From: Candidatus Multivoradales bacterium
GTDB taxonomy: Bacteria; Acidobacteriota; Thermoanaerobaculia; Multivoradales; JAHEKO01
Assembly (NCBI GenBank): GCA_965223155.1
Contig: CBDCVR010000013.1
Span: 480,001-544,000, forward strand
Direction of reading: 5' to 3'
Length of the DNA: 64,000 nt
Under the pieces are notes generated by a model. It made no database searches and was not told where the DNA came from. It saw only the letters and a program-made list of their open reading frames with translations. This document shows positions 49,982 through 59,342 of the stretch, one piece after another. Position 1 is the stretch's first letter, and every line of letters starts with the position of its first letter. The position numbers and the translations under genes were made by a program.

Positions 49982-50641
49982 CTACTCCTCTTCCCGCGCC
50001 GGCTGGAAGGGGACCACGTTGTCCGGCGCCGGACCCTCGCCGTCTTCCAGATCCAACTGCTCGACGGTCTCGCCCGGCGCCGCGCCGATGTCGGGCACCG
50101 CCATGTCGCCGAACATCTCTTCGAATTGTTCCAGCGGCGGCAGGTCGTCGAGGTGCTTCAGACCGAAGTGCATCAAGAAGTCCCTGGTGGTCGCGTACAG
50201 GAACGGCTTGCCCACGACCATCTTGCGTCCGGCAATCCGGATCAAACGCTTTTCGAGCAAGGTCTTCAAGACTCCGCTCGAACCGACGCCGCGCAGCTCT
50301 TGCACCTCGGGCCCAGTGATCGGCTGGCGGTAGGCCACGATCGCCAGCGTCTCGAGAGCGGCATGGGACAGCCGGTTCTGGCCGGTGGCCTCGAACAGCT
50401 TGCGCAGGTAGCCGTTGAGCTCGGGCCGGGTGACTAGCCTGAGCCCTCCCGCCACCTCATCGACAACCACGCCTTGCTCGCCGTCTGACCCGTACTTCGC
50501 CAGCACCGCCGCTAGCGCCTCTCTCGCCGCCTCCCGTTCGCCCCGGCCGAACATGCCCAGCAGCTTGCGCGCCGGCACCGGCTCGGCGGTCACGAACAGG
50601 GCCGCCTCGATGGCCGCTTCGAATTCTTTGGAATTGCTCAT
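49982..50641 (-). CDS. scpB: SMC-Scp complex subunit ScpB
   Basis: LSHAALETLAIVAYRQP, RGV, GKPFLYATT, FGLKHLDDLP. Confidence 0.95.
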   Translation of the reverse strand: MSNSKEFEAAIEAALFVTAEPVPARKLLGMFGRGEREAAREALAAVLAKYGSDGEQGVVVDEVAGGLRLVTRPELNGYLRKLFEATGQNRLSHAALETLAIVAYRQPITGPEVQELRGVGSSGVLKTLLEKRLIRIAGRKMVVGKPFLYATTRDFLMHFGLKHLDDLPPLEQFEEMFGDMAVPDIGAAPGETVEQLDLEDGEGPAPDNVVPFQPAREEE

Positions 50642-50650
50642 TCTTCGTCC

Positions 50651-51496
50651 TCAGCCGGTGATCGCCGCCAGCTCTTCGTCGTCCAAGGCGCGCTCGGTGC
50701 GTGCCATCAACACGCTTCCGGCCTCGGTTTGATGGAGACGCACCAGACGCAGGCGAGCCAACTCCAAGACCGCCAGAAAGGCCGCCACCGCCTCCGCCCG
50801 GCAGGACCGGGTCGCCAGATCGTCGATCAGGTCGACGGGCCGTCCGCGGTCCATGGCGGCCAGCAGGCGGTCGATCTGTCCGCGGGTCGAAAAGCTCTCG
50901 CCCCGCATCTGCAACGGCGGCGGGTGCTCGCGGTCGTAGCGCACCAGCACGGTCCGCAGGGACTCCAAGAGGTCGAAGAGCGACACGTCGCCTAGATCGA
51001 TGCCCCCTTCCTGATCGGGATGGATGTCCTGTTCGGGACGCGTCCAGACCGCACGGCGCAGGCTATGAATTTCGGCCAGCGAGCGAGCGGCTTCCTTGAG
51101 CTTCTGGTACTCCAGCAGGCGCTCCACCAGTTCCTGGCGCGGATCCTCGTCGTCTCCTCCGGCGGCCTCCGGCCGCGGCAGCAAGAGCCTCGACTTGAGC
51201 TGGATCAGGTAGGCCGCCTCGTAGATGTAGTCGGCCGCGATGTCCAGGTTGAGCTCTTCCATGCGGGCCAAGTAGGCCTGGAACTGATCGCAGACCAGCG
51301 CCACCGGAATGTCGGTGATCTCGATCTCGTTGACCCGGATCAGGTGGAGCAAGAGGTCGAGCGGCCCTTCGAACGCGGGCAACTCGACCCGCCAGGCCGC
51401 CGGCAGGCCCGCGCTCTCCGAGATCTCGGCCGAACCCTCGCCGGAGCCCGGAGTCTCGGAAGGCCCGCGGGTCTCAGTCACCGGCGGCTCCGGCAA
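50651..51496 (-). CDS. scpA: Segregation/condensation kleisin ScpA
   Basis: FEGPLDLLLHLI, KSRLLLP, FLAVLEL. Confidence 0.94.
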   Translation of the reverse strand: MPEPPVTETRGPSETPGSGEGSAEISESAGLPAAWRVELPAFEGPLDLLLHLIRVNEIEITDIPVALVCDQFQAYLARMEELNLDIAADYIYEAAYLIQLKSRLLLPRPEAAGGDDEDPRQELVERLLEYQKLKEAARSLAEIHSLRRAVWTRPEQDIHPDQEGGIDLGDVSLFDLLESLRTVLVRYDREHPPPLQMRGESFSTRGQIDRLLAAMDRGRPVDLIDDLATRSCRAEAVAAFLAVLELARLRLVRLHQTEAGSVLMARTERALDDEELAAITG

Positions 51497-52490
51497 GGCG
51501 ATCGTAATCGAGTTCCATCGCGGAGCGGACCAGATCCAGGCTTTCGGCCGCCCGCTCCCGCGCCCGGTCGCTGCCCCGGCGCAAGATGTTCACCAGCTCA
51601 CCCCGATCGCTCAGATACTCTTCCCGGCGTTTCCGGATCGGGTCGACCAGGGCGATGAGCTGCTCGGCGATGAGCTTCTTGTCGTCCACGCAGCCGATCT
51701 GGGCCAGGCGGCACTCCGCCGCCACCCGTTCCTGAACGTCCTCGGGCGAGACCAGCCGATGGAACTCGAACAAGTTGCAAGTGTCCGGATCGCCGGGATC
51801 GCTGCGGCGAATGCGCTTCGGGTCGGTAAACATCGATCGGCACTTCTCCCGAATCTCGTCCGGCGTGTCCGCCAGATCGATGGTATTGCCATACGACTTG
51901 GACATCTTGCGGCCGTCCAGCCCGGGCACCTTGGGAGTCGGAGTAAAGAGCGCCTTGGGCTCGGGAAACGTGGGCGCGTAGAGACCGTTGAAGCGCCGGG
52001 CGATCTCGCGGCTGAGCTCCAGGTGGCTGGCCTGGTCTTCGCCCACCGGCACGAAGTCGGCGCGGTACAGCAGGATATCGGCGGCCTGGAGCACTGGATA
52101 TCCCAGGAAACCATGGGTCGAGAGGTCCTTGTTGCGAAGCTCCCGCTTCTGTTCCTTGTAGGTAGGGACCCGCTCGAGCCAGCCCAGGGGCGTCACCATC
52201 GAGAGCAGCAGGTAGAGCTCGGCGTGCTCTGGAACCAGGGACTGTAGGAAGATGACGCTACGCTCTGGATCCAGGCCCGACGCCAGCCAGTCGGCCGTAA
52301 CCTCGAGCGAGTTACCGGCCACCTCCGAGGTGTCGTGGTAGTCGGTCGTCAACGCGTGCCAGTCGGCGATGAAGTAGTAGCTCCGATACTTGTCCTGGAG
52401 GTCCACCCAGTTCTTGACGGCGCCGAAGTAGTTGCCGATGTGCATGCGGCCCGTGGACCGCATGCCGGATAAGACGATCTTCTCTTGCAC
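51474..52490 (-). CDS. trpS: Tryptophan--tRNA ligase
   Basis: HIGN, YPVLQAADI, VPVGEDQ, KMSKS. Confidence 0.97.
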   Translation of the reverse strand: MQEKIVLSGMRSTGRMHIGNYFGAVKNWVDLQDKYRSYYFIADWHALTTDYHDTSEVAGNSLEVTADWLASGLDPERSVIFLQSLVPEHAELYLLLSMVTPLGWLERVPTYKEQKRELRNKDLSTHGFLGYPVLQAADILLYRADFVPVGEDQASHLELSREIARRFNGLYAPTFPEPKALFTPTPKVPGLDGRKMSKSYGNTIDLADTPDEIREKCRSMFTDPKRIRRSDPGDPDTCNLFEFHRLVSPEDVQERVAAECRLAQIGCVDDKKLIAEQLIALVDPIRKRREEYLSDRGELVNILRRGSDRARERAAESLDLVRSAMELDYDRLAGAAGD

Positions 52491-52515
52491 TTCTGTCCCC
52501 TACGCTTCCTCGCCG

Positions 52516-53211
52516 TCAACCCGAGATCTGGATCACGAGAGCGATAACAAAATACACCGGCAGCACCAAGATCGACAGGATGTTGACCGCTGCCAATAGC
52601 AGCACGATCATAAAGCCATATGGCCGCAATGCCGCAAGCCTTCCGGCCCAGGGCGGCGGCAGCATCTGAAGGGCCAACTGGCCGCCGTCCAGGGGAGGCA
52701 CCGGCAGCATGTTGAAGGCCGCCAGGAAACCGTTGATCGACGCGAACTGCAGCAAGGTATAGACCAGAGCGAACTGGGGTCCCAGAGCCGCTCCCTCGAC
52801 GTCCCCCATCAGGGCCATGCCGGCGGATCGCGCGGCCTCGGGCCCAAGGGCGACGATCGCCATCGCCAGGCCGACCAGAGCCAGCAAACCGATCGCCAGA
52901 TTGGCGAGCGGCCCCGCCAGGGTGACCCGGATATGGTCCGCGTCGGGACGTTGCAGCTTGGCAACGCGCACCGGAGCCGGACGGCCCCAGCCGAAGAGTG
53001 GACCACCCGTAGCCAGCAGCACCGCCGGCACCAGCAGCGAACCGATGACATCGACATGCCGAAGTGGGTTGAGCGAGATACGGCCGGCCTCGGCAGCCGT
53101 AGCATCGCCGGAGCGAAGAGCGCTCAGCGCGTGCGCCGACTCGTGCGCCGAGATCGCGAGCAACAGAACGAGGTAGCGAATGCCCGCGGCGAAGAGTTCG
53201 TCGGGACTCAA
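52516..53211 (-). CDS. Site-2 protease family (M50) membrane metalloprotease
   Basis: HESAH, AGPLAN, FNMLPVPPLDG; TTG start overlapping the upstream stop. Confidence 0.9.
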   Translation of the reverse strand: MSPDELFAAGIRYLVLLLAISAHESAHALSALRSGDATAAEAGRISLNPLRHVDVIGSLLVPAVLLATGGPLFGWGRPAPVRVAKLQRPDADHIRVTLAGPLANLAIGLLALVGLAMAIVALGPEAARSAGMALMGDVEGAALGPQFALVYTLLQFASINGFLAAFNMLPVPPLDGGQLALQMLPPPWAGRLAALRPYGFMIVLLLAAVNILSILVLPVYFVIALVIQISG

Positions 53212-53696
53212 GAAGCCTCGGCCGCCCGGACCGCTCGGTCGGCGGCGCGTAGGATCTTCTCGTTCTCGAACAGAACCTGGGACTCCAGGAACAAGGCCTT
53301 GAGCTGGGCGCCCAGCGACAAGTAGAAGAGGCCCCAGTGGATCCACTTGGGCAGCACCTGGGTCTCCACTCCGCCACCCAGAATGAAGGTCGCCATAGCC
53401 AGCCCCATCGCCAGCATCAGCCAGGGGTACGAGCGGTTCTTGAATTCCTTGGTCTTCTCGATCCACTCCTCGGGCAGATCGTGCTCGGCCACGGCCTCCT
53501 TGAGCACCTTCCCGGTGCCGATCAGGTAGAACATGATCCAGCAGTGGGAAAACAGCAGCAGGACCGAAGCGCCGATCCCCAGAAGGACGTGCTGATCGGC
53601 CGAGGCGGCATCCCCGACCATGTACCCGAAGACGCCGGTCGCGGCGAACGCGAGCGTGGCGAAGGCACCGACCATCAGTAGAGCCCGACCCATCAT
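53208..53696 (-). CDS. Hypothetical four-TM membrane protein with His residues in or near the TM helices
   Basis: Four hydrophobic helices; QHVLLG, SHCWIMFYLIGTG, WIHWGL; typical codon usage. Confidence 0.7.
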   Translation of the reverse strand: MMGRALLMVGAFATLAFAATGVFGYMVGDAASADQHVLLGIGASVLLLFSHCWIMFYLIGTGKVLKEAVAEHDLPEEWIEKTKEFKNRSYPWLMLAMGLAMATFILGGGVETQVLPKWIHWGLFYLSLGAQLKALFLESQVLFENEKILRAADRAVRAAEAS

Positions 53697-53706
53697 GGCG
53701 GCGCGA

Positions 53707-54981
53707 TTATGGCATTCCCGGCGGGCCGCCGGGGTCCCCGTTTCGGCCGCCGGCCGCCCCTGCGGAACCGCCCCCAACGAGAGCGAGCCAGGTATCCGCT
53801 ACCCTCTCGGGCCGGTACTTCCTCTCCAAGCGCTCCCGCCCCCAGCGGCCACGACGCTCGGCTTCGTCCGGATCCAGCGCGACCTCGATCAAGGCTCCTG
53901 TCAGTGCGGCCACGTCTTCAGGCGGAACGACCCATCCAGTCTCGCCGTCCAGCACGACTTCGGGAATGCCACTGACCGCGGCGGCGACGACGGCTAGCTC
54001 GCGTTCCATCGCCTCGAGCACCACCAGCGGCATGCCCTCGTAGGTGGAGGGCACGCACAGGGCGCGGGCTCGGCCCATCCGGTTGCGCACCTCGGCGCGC
54101 GGTCGCCGGCCCAGAAAACGCACCGCCTCACCCAGGCCCAAACGCCCGGCGAAGGCCTCCAGGGCCGCGCGGTGCTCGCCTTCGCCGGCAACGTCCAGGC
54201 GTACGGGCACCCGAGGAAACTTACGGCGCAGCTCCGCGAGCGCGGCCAGCAGCAGCTCCACCCCCTTGCGGATGCGCAAGCGGCCCACGAAGAGAAGGCG
54301 GACCAGGTCGGGATCCTCCCCGTCAGCCGTACTGCCGGCGGCACCGCTGTCGATCTCGCCGTCGGCTTCGCGGGCCATGGCATTCGGAACCACTCCGACG
54401 TCGGCCGCTCCGTAGTCCCCGGCCAACTCGCCGGCGGTGGTCCTGCTCGGGGCCAGGACGGTGTCGGCCAAAGCCACCGTCAGGCGTCCCAGGGCGATCT
54501 GTAGCGGTGCCTTGAGCCACCGGAAACGCCTCTCCTTCGCTCCCGGCCGGCCGAGGATGCGGCCACCGCCGGTGCGGCTCAGGTCGCGCAGCGCTCGCAC
54601 CGCGCGCCGCTCTCGCACATAGCTCACCTGGAGCAAGGCGACCAACCGGGGCGAGGGAGCCAGAACCGGCGCCAGGATGCGGCAGGCCAACGCGGCCAGA
54701 GCACCGTCTGACTCGTGGACCTGGACGACGTGGGGACGGAAGGCGCGAAGCTCGCGCACGAAGGGCGGCACGATCGCCAGCGGAAAGAACAGCTTCGAAC
54801 CCCGCGCGCCCTGCGCGACCCCGCCAGCCAGCCCGGTACCCCGGCCCCGGCCCTGGATCCGAACCCGGCAGCCACGGGCTTCGAGACCCGAGGCCAGCTG
54901 CACCACTTGCTCGCCCACCCCGGACAGATCCCGGGGCGGCAAGGTGTTGGCCACCAGCAAGACACGCAAGGGTTCGCTCAC
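53707..54981 (-). CDS. Glycosyltransferase family 4 (GT-B)
   Basis: VVPNA, FVGRL..RKG, EGMPLVVLEAM, GIPEVV; GTG start at 54981. Confidence 0.9.
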   Translation of the reverse strand: MSEPLRVLLVANTLPPRDLSGVGEQVVQLASGLEARGCRVRIQGRGRGTGLAGGVAQGARGSKLFFPLAIVPPFVRELRAFRPHVVQVHESDGALAALACRILAPVLAPSPRLVALLQVSYVRERRAVRALRDLSRTGGGRILGRPGAKERRFRWLKAPLQIALGRLTVALADTVLAPSRTTAGELAGDYGAADVGVVPNAMAREADGEIDSGAAGSTADGEDPDLVRLLFVGRLRIRKGVELLLAALAELRRKFPRVPVRLDVAGEGEHRAALEAFAGRLGLGEAVRFLGRRPRAEVRNRMGRARALCVPSTYEGMPLVVLEAMERELAVVAAAVSGIPEVVLDGETGWVVPPEDVAALTGALIEVALDPDEAERRGRWGRERLERKYRPERVADTWLALVGGGSAGAAGGRNGDPGGPPGMP

Positions 54982-54986
54982 GGCGC

Positions 54987-57095
54987 CTATCCTGCCACCA
55001 GAGCGTCTTCCCGGCGAAGCCGTCCGGTCGCCTCCAATCGGCTCAGGTACTCCTGGGTACCCGCGGGCCGCTCCGCCAGCAGCCGCTCGGCGTCTTGACG
55101 GGCGCGCTCGATCCAAGCGCGGTGGCGGACGAGATCGGCGGCGCGGAAACGGCTCGCGACGATCTGGCCGGTCTGGCGGTCGCCCAGCACTTCGCCGGGG
55201 CCGCGCAGGGCAAGATCGGCCTCGGCCAGGTCGAAGCCGTCGGTCGTCGCGGCGAAGGTCTCGAGCCGGGAGCAAGCGCGCTCGGAGGCTTGACCGTGGA
55301 TCGCCACGCAGCGGGAAGCGCGGCGGCCCCGGCCCACTCTGCCCCGGAGCTGATGAAGCTGCGCCAGTCCGAAGCGCTCGGCGCTCTCGATCACCATAGT
55401 GGTGGCCTCGGGCACGTCCAGCCCGACCTCGACCAGGGAGGTCGCGATCAAGACTCCGGCCGAGCCTTTGGCAAATCGCGTCATCGCTGCCTCTCGCTCC
55501 TCCGTTTTCATGCGCCCATGCAGAACCAACGGATCAAAGCCGGCGAGCCGGTTGGCAAGGCGGGTCCCCAAAGCCTCGATCGCGTGAGCCGCGACCCGGT
55601 CGCTGGCCTCGATCAGAGGCAAGACGACATAGGCCTTGTCTCCGGCCCGCAACGAGACCTCGAGCTCGCTGTATACGCCTTCCCGCTCCGCCTCGGAGAC
55701 CACTCGAGTCGCGACCGGACGTCGGCCCGGCGGCAGCTCGTCGATCACCGACAGCGCCAGATCGCCGTAGACCGTCAGGGCGAGAGAGCGCGGAATCGGA
55801 GTCGCCGTCATCACCAAGAGATCTGGGTCGGGGCCCTTCTCCACCAGACGCCGCCGCTGACGGACGCCAAACCGATGCTGCTCGTCGATAACCACCAGCC
55901 CTAGGTGGCGAAACGCCGCCCGCTCCTCGACCAGGGCATGAGTCCCGACGGCTACGCCCACCGCACCTGATCGCAGCCGCTCGATCGACTCGGCGGATGC
56001 GGTCTCGCGCGTGAAGAGCTCGATCGAGGCCTCCGACCCGAGCAGCCCCCGCAGACTCTCTAGGTGCTGCCGGGCCAGCAGCGTCGTCGGCGCCATTAAC
56101 GCGCCTTGCAGTCCGCTTCGCACGGTCGCCGCCAAGGCCAGAGCCGCGACTACGGTCTTGCCGGAGCCTACGTCCCCCTGGAGGAGCCGATGCATCGGCG
56201 CCGGGCGCCCCAGATCGGTCAGAATCTCGAGCAGGCTCCGCTCCTGGGCGGCGGTCAGCCGAAACGGCAAGGTGGAGCTCAGCTCGGCGGCCGGCGGCAG
56301 CTCCCCATACCCATGAGGCTTGGTACGGCGCCGGCGGCGGCGGCGCGCCCGCGCCAGGGCAATTTGTAGAGCCAGCAGCTCCTCGTACACGAGCCGCTCG
56401 TGCGCCGGGGTGCGGCCGCCGGCCAGAGCCTCGAGATCGCTGGAAGCGGTCGGTGCATGGAGCGCTTCCAGCGACTCATGAAGCCGCGGCAGCCGGCGTG
56501 CTTCGAGGACCGCCTCCGGAATGTCCGCTCCGCCGGCCGCATCAGGATCCAGGTCGGCCAGGGCCGCGGCGGCCAGCCGCCGCACCAGCGCCGGACCGAG
56601 CTCTCCCACCGGCGGGTAGACCGGCACGATGCGGGGTGGCGGCTCAGCGCCTTCGAGCCGCTCGACGCTCGGATTAACGAGCTCCAGCTCCCCGGCCCGC
56701 TCCCGGACCTTGCCGTACAGCAGATAGGAGGCCTCGGCCACCAACCGGTTGGCTAGATACGGCTGATTGAACCACGCCACCCGGACCGAGGCGGGCGCCT
56801 CGGGCTCGGCTGCGACCAAGCGGGCCCGAACCAGGATCCGGCGCCGGCCCAACCGAATCGCCTGGGCCTCTTCGAGCCTGCCGATCACGGTCGCCGCCAC
56901 ACCAGGGGTGAGGCCGGCAACCGGCGTCACCACCCGCCGATCTTCGTAACGGGCCGGCAGGTGTGCCAAGAGGTCGGCCACGGTCTCCAGTCCCGCGGCA
57001 GCCAGGGAGGCGGCGCGGACCGGGCCGACGCCCCGAATCCCGGACACCGGCGACGCCAGTGTCAGCAAGCGTTCGCGAGGCCGATCCGCGCTCAT
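54987..57095 (-). CDS. recG: ATP-dependent DNA helicase RecG
   Basis: QGDVGSGKT, DEQHRFG, MTATPIPR, QLHQLRGRVGRG, RGPGE. Confidence 0.97.
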   Translation of the reverse strand: MSADRPRERLLTLASPVSGIRGVGPVRAASLAAAGLETVADLLAHLPARYEDRRVVTPVAGLTPGVAATVIGRLEEAQAIRLGRRRILVRARLVAAEPEAPASVRVAWFNQPYLANRLVAEASYLLYGKVRERAGELELVNPSVERLEGAEPPPRIVPVYPPVGELGPALVRRLAAAALADLDPDAAGGADIPEAVLEARRLPRLHESLEALHAPTASSDLEALAGGRTPAHERLVYEELLALQIALARARRRRRRRTKPHGYGELPPAAELSSTLPFRLTAAQERSLLEILTDLGRPAPMHRLLQGDVGSGKTVVAALALAATVRSGLQGALMAPTTLLARQHLESLRGLLGSEASIELFTRETASAESIERLRSGAVGVAVGTHALVEERAAFRHLGLVVIDEQHRFGVRQRRRLVEKGPDPDLLVMTATPIPRSLALTVYGDLALSVIDELPPGRRPVATRVVSEAEREGVYSELEVSLRAGDKAYVVLPLIEASDRVAAHAIEALGTRLANRLAGFDPLVLHGRMKTEEREAAMTRFAKGSAGVLIATSLVEVGLDVPEATTMVIESAERFGLAQLHQLRGRVGRGRRASRCVAIHGQASERACSRLETFAATTDGFDLAEADLALRGPGEVLGDRQTGQIVASRFRAADLVRHRAWIERARQDAERLLAERPAGTQEYLSRLEATGRLRREDALVAG

Positions 57096-57147
57096 CGCGC
57101 GCCCGGCACAGGCCGGGGCCCGCGGGCGACGTCAGGCCGGCCAGCCC

Positions 57148-57936
57148 TCAACTCGCGAACTCGAGGGTGACCAGGCCGAAGCGGACGCGATCGCCGGGAA
57201 CGATTCGCGCGGGCACCCCGGTCGCAAGCCGGCTCTCGTTGAGGAAGGTGCCGTTGGCGGTGCCAACCTCCTCAACAAGAAAGTACTCTCCGCCGTCCAC
57301 GTAGATCCGAGCGTGTTGACGGCTGCTGGAGCGCTCTGGATCCAGTTCGGTCAGGTCCACCGTCGGCCGGATGCCGGTGATCGGGTCACTGCGGCCCACC
57401 GTCGAGTTGCCGTCACTCTTGAGCGGCGCCGTTCGCCCTGTACCGAGGTGCAGCAGGCGGGCACCGGTTTGGGTACCGTCTCCGGCGACCGGCGCCGGCT
57501 CGACCGCGGGGGGCCCCGCGACCGGCACCAGCTCGGTCTTGTCACGCCGTTCCAGCAACCTTTCGACGGTGCGGAGCCGGCGCGAGAGCTTGCGCATGAT
57601 GCGTACAGCCACCTCGGGATCCCGCCGCAGGAGGGCCGCGAAGGTTGCCTCCGAGATCCGCACCAGCGTGCTGTCCTCGAGTGCTTTGGCGTCTGCGGTG
57701 CGGGCGGCACCTTCCAGAATCGCCATCTCCCCAAAGAAATCGCCCTTCTCTAGGATGGCCAGCGGCTCGGCCGAGACGCGCGCGTTGGCGATCTCGATCG
57801 AGCCCTCGTGAATCACGTACATCTCGGTGCCCAGGTCCCCGGCGCGAAACACGAACTCGCCGGCCTTCACCTCGAGCAGACGCCGCCCGGTGGTGGCGGT
57901 GCTGGTGGTCTTGAATCGTGCTCGAACCTTGGCCAT
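57148..57936 (-). CDS. Cyclic-nucleotide-binding domain plus FHA domain protein
   Basis: GDFFGEMAIL..RTA phosphate-binding cassette; FHA GRSD...SSRQHARI...ANGTFLN. Confidence 0.88.
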   Translation of the reverse strand: MAKVRARFKTTSTATTGRRLLEVKAGEFVFRAGDLGTEMYVIHEGSIEIANARVSAEPLAILEKGDFFGEMAILEGAARTADAKALEDSTLVRISEATFAALLRRDPEVAVRIMRKLSRRLRTVERLLERRDKTELVPVAGPPAVEPAPVAGDGTQTGARLLHLGTGRTAPLKSDGNSTVGRSDPITGIRPTVDLTELDPERSSSRQHARIYVDGGEYFLVEEVGTANGTFLNESRLATGVPARIVPGDRVRFGLVTLEFAS

Positions 57937-57952
57937 GGCTGTGCTGCGGGCC

Positions 57953-58888
57953 TCAGGTCCGGTGGACGTACCGTAGCTTGCCCGCTTCCAGGTCGAGCCT
58001 AACCCGAAGCCCCAGGCCCAGGCTGTGATTTGGTCTACAGTGCCCGCAGGACAGATTCCAAGCCACGGGTACGCCCAGACGCTCGGCCCACTCGGCCAGC
58101 AGGCCTTCGAGCCCGCCGTCCGGATCGATCGTGCCCTCATCGGTCGCGGGCCGATCCGGGTTCCGTCCCACCACCATCCCGCGCAGCCCTGCCAAGCTGC
58201 CCGCCAGGGCGAGCTGAGTCAGCATGCGATCAATCCGGTAGAGGGGCTCGTCCACGTCCTCCCAGAACAGCACCGCGCCCTCAAGCCTGGGAGCGAAGTC
58301 GGTTCCCTGGGTCGCCGCCAGGAGACTGAGGCAGCCCCCCATGAGGATCCCTTCGGCGTCGTCCCGGACGGTTCCCGGGACACCGGCCACCCTGGCGACC
58401 GGCAGATCCTCCGGAACGCGGCCAGCCAGAAGGGCCAGCAGCGATGCCTCCTCGGATGGGTCGAGCCCTTCCGCCCATTCCACCGCGACCATGGGGCCGT
58501 GAACCGCGACCCAGCCGCAACGCTCGACCACACCATTGAGAAACGGCGTGACGTCCGAATAGCCGACATAGAAACGCGGCACGCTGGCGATGCGACTCCA
58601 GTCGAGAGCGTCCTGCAGCCGGGTCAGGCCGTAGCCACCGCGGGCGAAGACGATGGCCTTGATCTCGGGCCGGTCCACGAGGGCATGAAAGGCCTCCAAC
58701 CGCCGGTGGTCCGGCCCCGCCAGGAATCCGCGCTTGCTGGCAAGGTTCGGCGCCTGAACCGGCTCGAAGCCGAGCGCCCGCAGACCGTCGAGGCCCGCCT
58801 CGATCCGCTCCGGCCGTACCGGACCCGACAGAGCCGCCACGCCCACCCGGTCTCCGGCAGCCAGCGGCGGCGGAAACTCTGCGGCCAT
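57953..58888 (-). CDS. ldcA: LD-carboxypeptidase (peptidase S66)
   Basis: RGGYG, GYSD (Ser), EDVDE (Glu), CGH (His); ATG at 58888. Confidence 0.9.
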   Translation of the reverse strand: MAAEFPPPLAAGDRVGVAALSGPVRPERIEAGLDGLRALGFEPVQAPNLASKRGFLAGPDHRRLEAFHALVDRPEIKAIVFARGGYGLTRLQDALDWSRIASVPRFYVGYSDVTPFLNGVVERCGWVAVHGPMVAVEWAEGLDPSEEASLLALLAGRVPEDLPVARVAGVPGTVRDDAEGILMGGCLSLLAATQGTDFAPRLEGAVLFWEDVDEPLYRIDRMLTQLALAGSLAGLRGMVVGRNPDRPATDEGTIDPDGGLEGLLAEWAERLGVPVAWNLSCGHCRPNHSLGLGLRVRLDLEAGKLRYVHRT

Positions 58889-58923
58889 GCGATCGGTCAA
58901 CGTCTGCGGCAAGGATCGAAAGT

Positions 58924-59305
<382 letters not shown>

Positions 59306-59311
59306 GGGACC

Positions 59312-59317
59312 AGTGTA
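59312..59317 (-). promoter_or_regulatory. -10 element of rnpB
   Basis: TACACT located 6 nt before the predicted 5' end of P1. Confidence 0.55.
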
Positions 59318-59342
59318 CCGGAAAGAGCCGCCGGAACGTCGG

